Below, piece by piece: positions 27,059-37,781 of a DNA stretch of 40,698 nt. Made by a program: the position numbers and the translations under genes. Numbering within the stretch: position 1 is the first letter of the stretch; each line of letters starts with the position of its first letter. Source of the stretch: an uncultured Collinsella sp. (lineage in GTDB: Bacteria; Actinomycetota; Coriobacteriia; Coriobacteriales; Coriobacteriaceae); the NCBI GenBank assembly GCA_900549195.1, contig URNK01000001.1:1-40698 (forward strand). Direction: 5' to 3'. The notes below the pieces were generated by a model that did no database searches, was not told the origin of the DNA, and was given only the letters and a program-made list of their open reading frames with translations.

Positions 27059-27628
27059 TTATCGAGCAACAATTACCACATGGCGATCAGGGTCAGAGCC
27101 CTCGGAGTGAGTATCGACTGCATCATTACCACGAAGCGCAATATGAACCAGTCGACGCTCATAGGCATTCATAGGCGGAAGCGACACACTCTTATGAGTA
27201 CGGATAGCGCGCTCGGCAGCAGACTGAGCCATGGAAGCAACCTTGTCCTGACGGCGACTCTTGTATCCCTCTACGTCCACTACAACCGGATACCTAAAGC
27301 CAAGTTTGCGGCTCACCAGCAAAGAGAACATAACCTGAAGGGCATCAAGGGTGCGACCATGACGGCCAATGAGAACAGCAAGGTCGGGAGCCGTTACATC
27401 CAAAATCAGCTCACCCTCGTCGCCCTCATACTCATCGATAGGAGAGTTGGCGGCATCGAAGTGCGAAAGGATGGAACGCAGGATGGAAATCGCAACATCG
27501 GCAATGGTGTCGAGCTCCTCATCGGTCAGCTCTTCACCAGCCTTGTAGCGCTGTGCAATCTCGGGATAATCGCCCGCGACCTGCGGGGCAACCTCCTCAA
27601 GCATATCCTCGATGATCTCTTCAGACAT
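27059..27628 (-). CDS. jag: Jag/KhpB (EloR) family KH + R3H RNA-binding protein
   Basis: LIGRHGRTLDALQ (KH), MNAYERRLVH (R3H), SEGSDPDR; downstream of yidC; GGAG RBS. Confidence 0.93.
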   Translation of the reverse strand: MSEEIIEDMLEEVAPQVAGDYPEIAQRYKAGEELTDEELDTIADVAISILRSILSHFDAANSPIDEYEGDEGELILDVTAPDLAVLIGRHGRTLDALQVMFSLLVSRKLGFRYPVVVDVEGYKSRRQDKVASMAQSAAERAIRTHKSVSLPPMNAYERRLVHIALRGNDAVDTHSEGSDPDRHVVIVAR

Positions 27629-27672
27629 AACGTACTCCAAAAGTTAGGTACCTAAATAAGATTGATATCCCG

Positions 27673-28443
27673 TTACTTCTTCTTGTGCGGGCGCGGCTTC
27701 TTCTCTCGACGAATGACCTCAACCTGCAGCGGAGCGTTCTTAAGACGCTCCTCCTCATCGGCCTTCGCCTTGTCGATGACCTTCTGCGTCACAAAAATCT
27801 GCTGGATAACCTGCCAAGCAGACGAGACGTCGTAGTACAGCAGAACACCAACGGGAAGGCTCCAGCCCATCCAAAGCATCATGACCGTCATGACAACGGC
27901 CATCATACGCATGCTCTGAGCCTGCTGGCCGGTCTGGTTGCGCGACATATAGAGCTGCGGAATCAGGGTCAGGACGGCGAACAGGATCAGGCAAACCAGC
28001 GCAGGCAGTGCAACCATAAAGCCATCGGCAAAGGAAGCGCTCGGCGTGGTGGTCAGGTCGGGCAGGATGTTGAAGAACGAGAACGTGCCGTCGTTAAAGT
28101 ACTGCGGCAGGTTGCGCAGCAATGTAAACAGGGCGAACAGGATAGGCATCTGAATCAGCAGCGGCAGACAGCCAGCCATGGGGTTGAACTTGTTCTCGCT
28201 GTAGAACTTCTGCATCTCCTCGGCCTGACGCTGGGGATCGTCGGCATAGCGCTCCTGGATCTCGAGCATCTTGGGCTGCAGCACCTGCATGCGAGCCGTC
28301 GACTTGGTCGACTTGAGCATGAGCGGCGTCAGCAGCAGACGGATGATGACCACCAGGATGATGATGGACAGGCCCCAGTCGACCGCAAAGGTCTGGATGA
28401 GCTTGAGCAGCTCGAAAAGGATGTTAACGATCCAATCCCACAT
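27673..28443 (-). CDS. yidC: Membrane protein insertase YidC/Oxa1
   Basis: WGLSII..IRLLLTPL, LQPK, NPMAGCLPLLIQMPI, PVGVLLYY. Confidence 0.95.
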   Translation of the reverse strand: MWDWIVNILFELLKLIQTFAVDWGLSIIILVVIIRLLLTPLMLKSTKSTARMQVLQPKMLEIQERYADDPQRQAEEMQKFYSENKFNPMAGCLPLLIQMPILFALFTLLRNLPQYFNDGTFSFFNILPDLTTTPSASFADGFMVALPALVCLILFAVLTLIPQLYMSRNQTGQQAQSMRMMAVVMTVMMLWMGWSLPVGVLLYYDVSSAWQVIQQIFVTQKVIDKAKADEEERLKNAPLQVEVIRREKKPRPHKKK

Positions 28444-28472
28444 GTAAGTTTTCCTCCGATAGCGAGTGCCCG

Positions 28473-28697
28473 CTAGGGCACAGGGTCATAACCGCCGACG
28501 TGCAGGGGATTGCAGCGAGCGATGCGCCTCACGGCAAGCCAGCAGCCTCTCAAAACACCGTGCTTCTCAATCGCCTGGACGGCGTATTGCGAGCACGTTG
28601 GGTAATAAATGCAGGCGTCAGGCAATAAGGGCGAAATAACCTGTTGATATATGCGAATAGGAGCGATGGCAACACGTCGCAAAACGTGATTGCTCAT
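28473..28697 (-). CDS. yidD: Membrane protein insertion efficiency factor YidD
   Basis: [31 protein letters not shown]. Confidence 0.95.
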   Translation of the reverse strand: MSNHVLRRVAIAPIRIYQQVISPLLPDACIYYPTCSQYAVQAIEKHGVLRGCWLAVRRIARCNPLHVGGYDPVP

Positions 28698-29032
28698 CGC
28701 TCCTCCCCGGCAACGCCGGCGCGCTTCATAAGCGAACGCAACGCCTTGTCCATCTCCTGCGGCGAGGAAACCCTCGTCTTGGGAGTTGCAAACAAGATGA
28801 TGTCATAACCCGCAACGGGAAATCCGCAGCTGCGGGCGGCCTCGCGCATCACACGCTTAGATCGGTTGCGCACGACGGCACAACCGAGTCGCTTAGCACC
28901 AACGAAGGCGACCCTTCCGGAGTCGCCTTCGCCAACCGATTCACATATGGTCATTCGAATCAGAGGGTGATTGAAACGACGCCCCTGACTGAACACATGC
29001 TCGAAATCTTGCCGAGACTTAATAGTCTTCAT
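28694..29032 (-). CDS. rnpA: Ribonuclease P protein component
   Basis: [18 protein letters not shown] (RNR motif); located between rpmH and yidD. Confidence 0.93.
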   Translation of the reverse strand: MKTIKSRQDFEHVFSQGRRFNHPLIRMTICESVGEGDSGRVAFVGAKRLGCAVVRNRSKRVMREAARSCGFPVAGYDIILFATPKTRVSSPQEMDKALRSLMKRAGVAGEER

Positions 29033-29052
29033 GCGAGATGTGTGTATCGCTG

Positions 29053-29187
29053 CTAGACAGTGAGACGCTTGCGGCCCTTGGCGCGACGACGGGCGAGCAC
29101 GGCACGACCACCCTTAGTGGCCATACGGGCACGGAAGCCATGGGTCTTGGCACGCTTACGCTTATTAGGCTGATACGTACGCTTCAT
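29053..29187 (-). CDS. rpmH: 50S ribosomal protein L34
   Basis: [53 protein letters not shown]. Confidence 0.98.
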   Translation of the reverse strand: MKRTYQPNKRKRAKTHGFRARMATKGGRAVLARRRAKGRKRLTV

Positions 29188-29259
29188 CTTAAGTTCCTCC
29201 TGCTGCATTTCGAGTGTCCGCGGGGACGCGGACGCAGATATAGACACGTGAGCTTGAAG

Positions 29260-29289
29260 ATTGTAGGGAAATCAATGTTCAAATGTCAA
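29260..29289 (-). promoter_or_regulatory. sigma70-type promoter of the rpmH operon
   Basis: TTGACA-18 bp-TACAAT on the minus strand. Confidence 0.75.
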
Positions 29290-29359
29290 GAAATCAAAGG
29301 TAAAAGGTTGCGCAGTTCACACGGTTCCCCCATAAGCCAAGCTCGATTTAGCGGTGCAT

Positions 29360-29520
29360 GGCAACTTTTCACGATATTTCATCGAGTTTTCAACAGGTCA
29401 TGTTGGCAATGTTGAGAACTTTTCGCCCGTTTTCCAAACTTTTCAACAGGTTTTGAAAAGTTGTCGAAAGATGAGAAACATTGCACGGTGAGCTACTATT
29501 TGTTCGAAACCTTTTGAAAG
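29360..29520. promoter_or_regulatory. Cluster of DnaA-box-like 9-mers upstream of the dnaA operon
   Basis: TTTTCAACA at 29387-29395 and 29440-29448; reverse-strand variants TTCTCAACA (29410-29418), TTGCCAACA (29401-29409), TTTTCAAAA (29451-29459), CTTTCGACA (29462-29470). Confidence 0.65.
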
Positions 29521-29532
29521 ATTGCGAGCGGC

Positions 29533-30885
29533 ATGTCTGACGACTTTTACACCATGGTCGATTCCGGAGACCCGGCACCCGACAACGAGCACATCACCGG
29601 CGTGCGCGAAGAGCATGCGGAAGGCGAGCAGACGACCACGCGGGCGCCAAAAGCCATGTACGCCGCGCGCATCGCCGTCTATGACGACATGCTGTCGACA
29701 CCGCGTGTGATCGTCATTGATCCGCAAGATGTCCGCACGTATTTAGAAGAGACGACCAACACCGTCTACCAGTGCATGAAAGAACAAGGTGGCCATATCT
29801 CGCTCATGGTCATCCGCGAGATTGTCGAAAACTTTATCCACGCGCACTTTGCCGAGCCCATCATCTCGATTCTGGACGGCGGAGACACCATCCGCTTTGC
29901 TGATCAAGGACCCGGCATCGACGACAAGGAGCGCGCTTTCGACTTTGGCGTTACCAGCGCAAACAGCAAGATGAAGCGCTATATCCGTGGAACCGGAGCA
30001 GGGTTTCCCATGGTGCAGGAGTATTTGGAAAACGCCGGCGGTGCCGTATCCATCGAGGACAACATGGGCAACGGCACCGTGGTTACGGTAAGCCTGAACC
30101 CTAAACGCGTGCAGGAAATCGAGCGTGCCGGCGGACGCGGCGCTGCCGTGCGGCCCGAGACGGAGCAGCCCACATATCCCCTGCCGGGAGCTTTTGTGCA
30201 GCAGCCCATGGCAACGCAGCAGATGCAGCCCCCCGTGGGACAGATGCAGCAGCCCGGAATGCTTCCTACACAAGAACCCCAATCGGCATCGATGTCGATG
30301 CCGCCAAACATGCCAGAGACCATGCCGCTGGCGGATCAGGATGCAGCAGCAATGCAGCAGGCGGCGGGGGCACCGGGTGGCCAGCAAATGGGCTATCAGC
30401 CGTACCAACAGGGATATCCATATCAGCAGATGCCGCCGCTGGGGTACGGCCAACCGTTCCCGCAGCAGTACCAGCAGGGATATCAGCAGCCGTACCAGCA
30501 GATGCCGCAGCAGCAGTACAACCCCTGGGCCCAGCAGATGCCTCCACAGCCTTACCAACAGTGGCCTCAAAGTTTTCAACAGCAAATGCCGCCGATGCAG
30601 AGTTCTCAACAACCAGCAGCTCAAATGATGTATCCTAATGCAGCAAATCAGTATGCACAGCCACAACCGGACGTGTTCGTAAGCGATCGCGGCAACGCCG
30701 CGCTGGGCTATCTGGCGCAAAATCAAGCGTGCGGTGCAACCGATCTGGCGAGGGCGTTTGGAAACTCGGCCCCCACTTGGTCACGCACGCTCAATGACTT
30801 GGCGCAGGCCGGCTTGGTCATCAAGCATGGCCAAAAATACCATCTGACCGAACTCGGCGCCGCTCGCGTGCGAGCTCAGAGCTAA
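29533..30885 (+). CDS. Uncharacterised GHKL (HATPase_c) ATP-binding protein with Q/P/Y/M-rich linker and C-terminal winged helix
   Basis: REIVENFIHA (N), DQGPGI (G1), GTGAGF (G2), GNGTVVTVSL (G3); C-terminal GATDLARAFG..PTWSRTLNDLAQAGLV..YHLTELG. Confidence 0.85.
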   Translation: MSDDFYTMVDSGDPAPDNEHITGVREEHAEGEQTTTRAPKAMYAARIAVYDDMLSTPRVIVIDPQDVRTYLEETTNTVYQCMKEQGGHISLMVIREIVENFIHAHFAEPIISILDGGDTIRFADQGPGIDDKERAFDFGVTSANSKMKRYIRGTGAGFPMVQEYLENAGGAVSIEDNMGNGTVVTVSLNPKRVQEIERAGGRGAAVRPETEQPTYPLPGAFVQQPMATQQMQPPVGQMQQPGMLPTQEPQSASMSMPPNMPETMPLADQDAAAMQQAAGAPGGQQMGYQPYQQGYPYQQMPPLGYGQPFPQQYQQGYQQPYQQMPQQQYNPWAQQMPPQPYQQWPQSFQQQMPPMQSSQQPAAQMMYPNAANQYAQPQPDVFVSDRGNAALGYLAQNQACGATDLARAFGNSAPTWSRTLNDLAQAGLVIKHGQKYHLTELGAARVRAQS

Positions 30886-30900
30886 AGAACGGGAGAGACA

Positions 30901-32625
30901 GTGGACGAGGAAGCAAGCATCATCCTGGGGGATGCCATCGCCTTTTGCCAGCGCGACGGCCAAGATGCACGCCTCATCAACATGCTGGGGCAATCGCGCG
31001 CCATAAGCCTGACCGAAGATACGCTCACGATCGAGGCCCCCTCGCGCTTTGCCATCGCGCAGCTCAAAAAGCATCAGCCAACCATTGAGGCCTATCTGGA
31101 AGAAATCGCCTTTGCACCGATTGCTCTCGACATCGTGGCACCGCAAGGCGCCGCGACGGAATCCACTGCCGCCACGGTGCCCGCCACGGCTCCCGCTGCT
31201 TCCCCGGCGGTGCCGGCCTCCGCAGGTGACGTGCCGACAATCGAGCACCAGCACAGCGATGTTTCCCGTGAAACCATGGCACCGTTGCCGACCGCGGCGG
31301 CGACGCCAACGAACGCGCCCGTCACGCACATGCCCATCGCTCACGACGCAGCGGCGGGCGCGGATTCGGGCATTGCAATCAAAAACACGCTCTCGGCCGA
31401 CGATTTTCGTCGCATGATGAACCAGATGAAGGGCGGGGCGCCGACTAAATCCACGCAAGCCGCGACCCCCACCTCGCCCATGCCAGCACCGACCGTGCCG
31501 GCCGAGCAGAATACGGATGGAGCCCCACTCGCCGCGAACTCAAAATTTACCTTTGAGAACTTTGTCTACGGCCCCGAGAACAGCCATGCCTATCGCTCGG
31601 CACTCAAGTTTGCCGCCCTCGCGGACGAGCGCGGCACATGCACATCACTGTTCATCTACGGCAAATCGGGCCTGGGCAAGACGCACCTGCTGCTTGCCAT
31701 CAAAAACGAGCTCGCCGAGAAGTCGCCCGAGATCAAGGTCAAGTATGCCAACTCCCAGGCATATCTGGACGACCTGATGACCGAGTTCGACCGTCAAAAG
31801 AAGAGCAACGCCCCCATCATGCAGGCGTACCACGGCGTGGACGTGCTCATCATCGATGACATCCAAAACATCATCGGCAAGCGCGCGAGCGTGGACTACT
31901 TTTTCCAGCTCATGGACGAGTTCATCCGCAACAACAAGAAGGTCGTCATCGCGGCAGACCGCGCTCCCAAGGACCTGAGCATGGACGAGCGTCTGACCAG
32001 CCGTTTCAACGCCGGCATGCTCTGCCTGGTCGCAGAGCCCAGCTACGAGATGAAATACAAGATCTTGCAGCGCTATTACGAGAACACCATCGTCGCCGCT
32101 CCCGAGGCAGGCGACGACTCACTGCTGGCGGCCTACGGGGGCGACGGCGGGCACCTGACCGATGAGCACTTTAAGCACATGGCAGAGGTGTCGGGCACCA
32201 ACATCCGCGAACTCGAGAGCTTCTGCGAGCGCTGCGCCGGCGAGGCGGGCGACCGCGAACGCGAGGGCGGGGAGCTCACCTTTGACGATATCGACGCCAT
32301 CGCCAGCCAGTACTTCGACACATCGGCCAAAAAGATCAACGTGCAAACGGTTCAGTCCGTCATCGAAGAGCAGTACGGCGTGACGCACGAGGAGCTCATC
32401 GGCCCGCGTCGCAACGCCAATATCGCCAAAGCGCGCCATATCGCTATCTACCTGGCCATCGAGATGTGCGAGATGACGACCACGGCGGTGGGCGCCGAAT
32501 TTGGCAACCGCAACCACTCGACCGTCAGCACGAGTTACAAAAAGGTTCAGAAGATGATCCAGGAAGAACGCACCGTCACCGAAGATCTCAAATCGTTGCG
32601 CGATAAAATTACACTGCGCTCGTAG
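30901..32625 (+). CDS. dnaA: Chromosomal replication initiator DnaA
   Basis: KFTFENFV, GKSGLGKTHL, LIIDDIQ, RLTSRF, NIRELE; domain IV FGNRNHSTV; upstream of dnaN. Confidence 0.95.
   Translation: MDEEASIILGDAIAFCQRDGQDARLINMLGQSRAISLTEDTLTIEAPSRFAIAQLKKHQPTIEAYLEEIAFAPIALDIVAPQGAATESTAATVPATAPAASPAVPASAGDVPTIEHQHSDVSRETMAPLPTAAATPTNAPVTHMPIAHDAAAGADSGIAIKNTLSADDFRRMMNQMKGGAPTKSTQAATPTSPMPAPTVPAEQNTDGAPLAANSKFTFENFVYGPENSHAYRSALKFAALADERGTCTSLFIYGKSGLGKTHLLLAIKNELAEKSPEIKVKYANSQAYLDDLMTEFDRQKKSNAPIMQAYHGVDVLIIDDIQNIIGKRASVDYFFQLMDEFIRNNKKVVIAADRAPKDLSMDERLTSRFNAGMLCLVAEPSYEMKYKILQRYYENTIVAAPEAGDDSLLAAYGGDGGHLTDEHFKHMAEVSGTNIRELESFCERCAGEAGDREREGGELTFDDIDAIASQYFDTSAKKINVQTVQSVIEEQYGVTHEELIGPRRNANIAKARHIAIYLAIEMCEMTTTAVGAEFGNRNHSTVSTSYKKVQKMIQEERTVTEDLKSLRDKITLRS
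31260..31275. promoter_or_regulatory. Degenerate parS site inside dnaA
   Basis: TGTTTCCCGTGAAACC, 14/16 match; encodes DVSRET in the linker domain. Confidence 0.6.
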
Positions 32626-32863
32626 GGAAATAGAGACACCTGTTGAAAACTTGTCAAAACCACGGGCATAAGGTGTCTAAAACCCAACCCGCGGTGATGA
32701 AAAGTTTTGCGCAGGTTTTGAACGTGGAAAACCACCCCTGTTGCACACAGGTTGCTGTCGATTCTCTTTCTGGGTCTGACCTGCGTCTTTGGGAGTAATC
32801 AACAGTTTCGTCAGTGCTATTACTATTATTAAGATATTTATATCTATAGAAAGGTATTAAAAG
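32626..32863. other. oriC (dnaA-dnaN intergenic) with DnaA-box-like motifs, DnaA-trio-like repeats and an AT-rich unwinding element
   Basis: TGTTGAAAA 32641-32649, TGATGAAAA 32695-32703, CGTGGAAAA 32723-32731, TAATCAACA 32796-32804, then GTGC-TAT-TAC-TAT-TAT-TAA and an AT-rich run to dnaN; gene orientation flips around this locus. Confidence 0.85.
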
Positions 32864-33967
32864 ATGAAGTTCACCGTCAGCCAGAGCTCGCTTACACAAG
32901 CCATCGGCGTCGTTATGAAGGGTGTCGCTTCGGCATCCACCCTTCCCATCCTGTCGGGCGTGCTCGTCAAGGCGCAAGACGGCATCTTGGAATTCCAGAC
33001 CTCTAACTACACCATCTCGATCCGTCATCGCATCGCGGCGCATGTCGAAGAAGAGGGCGAGATGGTTATCCCCTGTAAGATGCTCTCCAATATCACCAAG
33101 ACTCTCCCCGATGCCCCGGTCACCTTTGAGCTGTCCGAGCGCCAGGTGCTGATTGGTTGCGAGAAGAGCTCTTTCCGCCTGAACACGCTCGATGCCAATG
33201 ACTTCCCCGAGTTTCCGGCCTATGCCATCGAGAGTGCCGTGGAGCTGCCGACCGATATCTTGTCCGAGATGGTCGGCCGCGTGTGGCGCGTTACCTCGAC
33301 CGACAAGGCCCGCCCCATCCTGGGCGGCGTGCACATGAAGGTCGAGAACAACACCGTGCGCCTGGTGGCGACCGATTCTTTCCGCTTGGCCGTGTGCGAT
33401 ACGCAGGTCGAGACCTCGACCCTCGAGGGTTCCTTTGAGCTCAACGTTCCGGCCGACGCCTTTAACGACGCGCTGAACATCATGGCCAGCCAGGCGACCA
33501 TCATGATCGGAGCTACCGACACCCAGGTCGTCTTTGAGGCCGGCAACACCACCTACGTGTCGCGCCGCATCGAGGGCGTGTACCCCAACTACAAGCAGCT
33601 CATCCCCGATTCGTGCGTGACGAGCGTCAAGATCGACGTCGCCGCCTTTAACGCCGCCCTCAAGCGCGTGGCCGTTATCGCGAGCGCCAACCCCGCCGTC
33701 AAGTTCGAGATCGATGTCGAGAACGGGCAGATGGGACTGTCCTCCATTTCCAATGACCAGGACCTTGCGCAGGAGACAATCGATGTCGAGGCCGAGGGCG
33801 AGTCGGGCACCATCGCCTTCAACTACCACTACATCTTCGGGTGCCTCAATGCCCTGTCCAAGGAGAAGGAGATCACGCTGGAGCTCAAGAGCTACTCGCA
33901 GGCGGGCATCTTCAAGTCCTACGACAAGATCAACTACCTGTACCTGGTCATGCCGGTCCGCATCTAG
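32864..33967 (+). CDS. dnaN: DNA polymerase III beta sliding clamp
   Basis: MKFTV, TLPILSGV, RPILGGV, VATDSFRLA, SRRIEGVYPNY, YLVMPVR. Confidence 0.97.
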   Translation: MKFTVSQSSLTQAIGVVMKGVASASTLPILSGVLVKAQDGILEFQTSNYTISIRHRIAAHVEEEGEMVIPCKMLSNITKTLPDAPVTFELSERQVLIGCEKSSFRLNTLDANDFPEFPAYAIESAVELPTDILSEMVGRVWRVTSTDKARPILGGVHMKVENNTVRLVATDSFRLAVCDTQVETSTLEGSFELNVPADAFNDALNIMASQATIMIGATDTQVVFEAGNTTYVSRRIEGVYPNYKQLIPDSCVTSVKIDVAAFNAALKRVAVIASANPAVKFEIDVENGQMGLSSISNDQDLAQETIDVEAEGESGTIAFNYHYIFGCLNALSKEKEITLELKSYSQAGIFKSYDKINYLYLVMPVRI

Positions 33968-33977
33968 CAACCGCCCT

Positions 33978-35084
33978 ATGACCATGTTCGCCCGCGGTCT
34001 TTCCGTCGCGCACTACCGCAGCTTCGATAGCTATCGCCTTGCCCTAGACGAGGGCGTGACGATACTTGCGGGACCCAACGCGGCGGGAAAGACCAATCTC
34101 ATAGAGGCGCTGCAGCTGCTGACGAGCGGCGCCTCGTTTAGGCATCCGACCGCAGCCGAGCTCGTCCATGACGGCGTGGGCTCGTGCAAGGTCGAGCTGA
34201 GGCTCGAGGGCGACGGCCGCGTGCTTGATATGGGGTTGAGCGCGGAGGACGGTAAGCGCTCGTTTAGCCGCAACGGCAAGAGATGTTCTGCCGCCGGTGT
34301 GCGCGGGGTTCTGCCGAGCGTGCTGTTTTGCCCCGACCATCTGGACATGGTTAAGCGAGGCGCCAGTGTGCGCCGCGCCGCCCTCGATGACTTTGGCATG
34401 CAACTGAGCGCACGCTATGCCGATCTTGCGAGCACCTATGGGCGCTGCGTGACCCAGCGTAACGCCTTGCTCAAGGAGACCTGGTGCTGCCGCGAGATGC
34501 TCGGCGCGTGGAACGATTCGATTGCCCGCGCGGGCTCGGCCCTGCTCGTGCACCGGTTGGCCCTACTCGACCGGCTGGCGGGCCATGTGCACACTGCCTA
34601 CGGTCAAGTGGCGTCCGGCGAGGCTGCCAGCGTGACCTATACGTCCACGCTGGGGGATTTGCCCCAGGTCGAGGATCGCGAAGAGCTGAAGGGCTGGGCG
34701 TACGAGCGCATGCTGGCTGCCCTTGATGAGCGCGCCGACGAGGAAATTCGCCGCGGCGTGACGTTGGTGGGACCGCATCGCGATGAGATTGAGTTTACCG
34801 TGGCGGGTCGCTCCGCCCGTTCATTTGCCAGCCAAGGTCAACAGCGAACGTTGGTTCTGGCCTGGAAGGTGGCGGAGGTGGTCGTGGCTCGCGATGTCCT
34901 GGGCACCGCCCCACTGCTGCTTTTAGACGACGTGATGAGCGAGCTCGACGGCGAGCGTCGCGGCGCTTTTCTGCGGCTGATCGGCGATGATATCCAGACG
35001 GTCATAACCACGACCAACCTGGGGTACTTTACCGATGACCTGCTTGATCGAGCCAAGGTGGTGAGCATGGGTGAGACGTGCTAA
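33978..35084 (+). CDS. recF: DNA replication and repair protein RecF
   Basis: GPNAAGKTN, GPHRD, ASQGQQRT, LLLDDVMSELD; start at ATG 33978 or 33984. Confidence 0.95.
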   Translation: MTMFARGLSVAHYRSFDSYRLALDEGVTILAGPNAAGKTNLIEALQLLTSGASFRHPTAAELVHDGVGSCKVELRLEGDGRVLDMGLSAEDGKRSFSRNGKRCSAAGVRGVLPSVLFCPDHLDMVKRGASVRRAALDDFGMQLSARYADLASTYGRCVTQRNALLKETWCCREMLGAWNDSIARAGSALLVHRLALLDRLAGHVHTAYGQVASGEAASVTYTSTLGDLPQVEDREELKGWAYERMLAALDERADEEIRRGVTLVGPHRDEIEFTVAGRSARSFASQGQQRTLVLAWKVAEVVVARDVLGTAPLLLLDDVMSELDGERRGAFLRLIGDDIQTVITTTNLGYFTDDLLDRAKVVSMGETC

Positions 35085-35634
35085 TTACGAGCGCGAGAGC
35101 GAGACAGTCGCCTTCAGTGGGTTTTTGAACGCAGAGCGCCAGCGCATCCTGGCGGCTGCAACACCTGAGCGCCGTGCGCAGATGGAGGCTGCCGAGGAGT
35201 CGCGCGCGATCTATCGCGCGTGGAACGCGGTGTGCTCGGGCACGCGCGAGGGGCGGCATGTGACGGGTCTGCGCTACCTGCCCGAGTCCAATGAGCTGCT
35301 GGTATATCTCGACTCGCCCTCGTGGACGCAGGAAATGACGCTGTTGCGCGAGATCATCCGCGCGCGTATGGAGCGCGCCGGTGCGCATGTGGACGGCCTG
35401 GTGTTCAAAACCACCGCGCCCGGTCACACGCCACCCGCCGCCAAGGAGCGCCTGCGCCCGGCGACGACCGAGCGCCCGCCGGCCCCGCACGCCGACCTCA
35501 GTGAGGCCGAGCGCACCGAGATCGAGCGCCAAGTGGCACCCATCGAGGACCAAAAACTGCGCGAGGCCCTCGAGAACGCCATGAGAGCCAGTGCCGAGTG
35601 GGCCAAGGGCGTGCAAAGAAAAAAAGAGCCTTAA
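35071..35634 (+). CDS. dciA: DUF721/DciA-family protein (replicative helicase operator)
   Basis: W..V.G....H......L.V..DSPSW.QE pattern; canonical position between recF and gyrB. Confidence 0.75.
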   Translation: MRRANYERESETVAFSGFLNAERQRILAAATPERRAQMEAAEESRAIYRAWNAVCSGTREGRHVTGLRYLPESNELLVYLDSPSWTQEMTLLREIIRARMERAGAHVDGLVFKTTAPGHTPPAAKERLRPATTERPPAPHADLSEAERTEIERQVAPIEDQKLREALENAMRASAEWAKGVQRKKEP

Positions 35635-35660
35635 ATCGCATCTGGTGGCCTTGTAGAGCC

Positions 35661-35690
35661 AAATACCCTCGTTCCCGAGGGTATTTTTTT
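35661..35690 (+). terminator. Intrinsic terminator between dciA and gyrB
   Basis: AAATACCCTCG-ttcc-CGAGGGTATTTTTTT. Confidence 0.8.
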
Positions 35691-35697
35691 ACGATAA

Positions 35698-37770
<2,073 letters not shown>

Positions 37771-37781
37771 GAGGAGGTAAC

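Noticed and set aside
33714..33977. N-terminal extension of RecF in the ORF track
   Set aside because: Overlaps dnaN in another frame; RecF-like sequence starts at 33978
32654..33985. 443-aa minus-strand ORF over dnaN and oriC
   Set aside because: Antisense shadow; no recognisable domain
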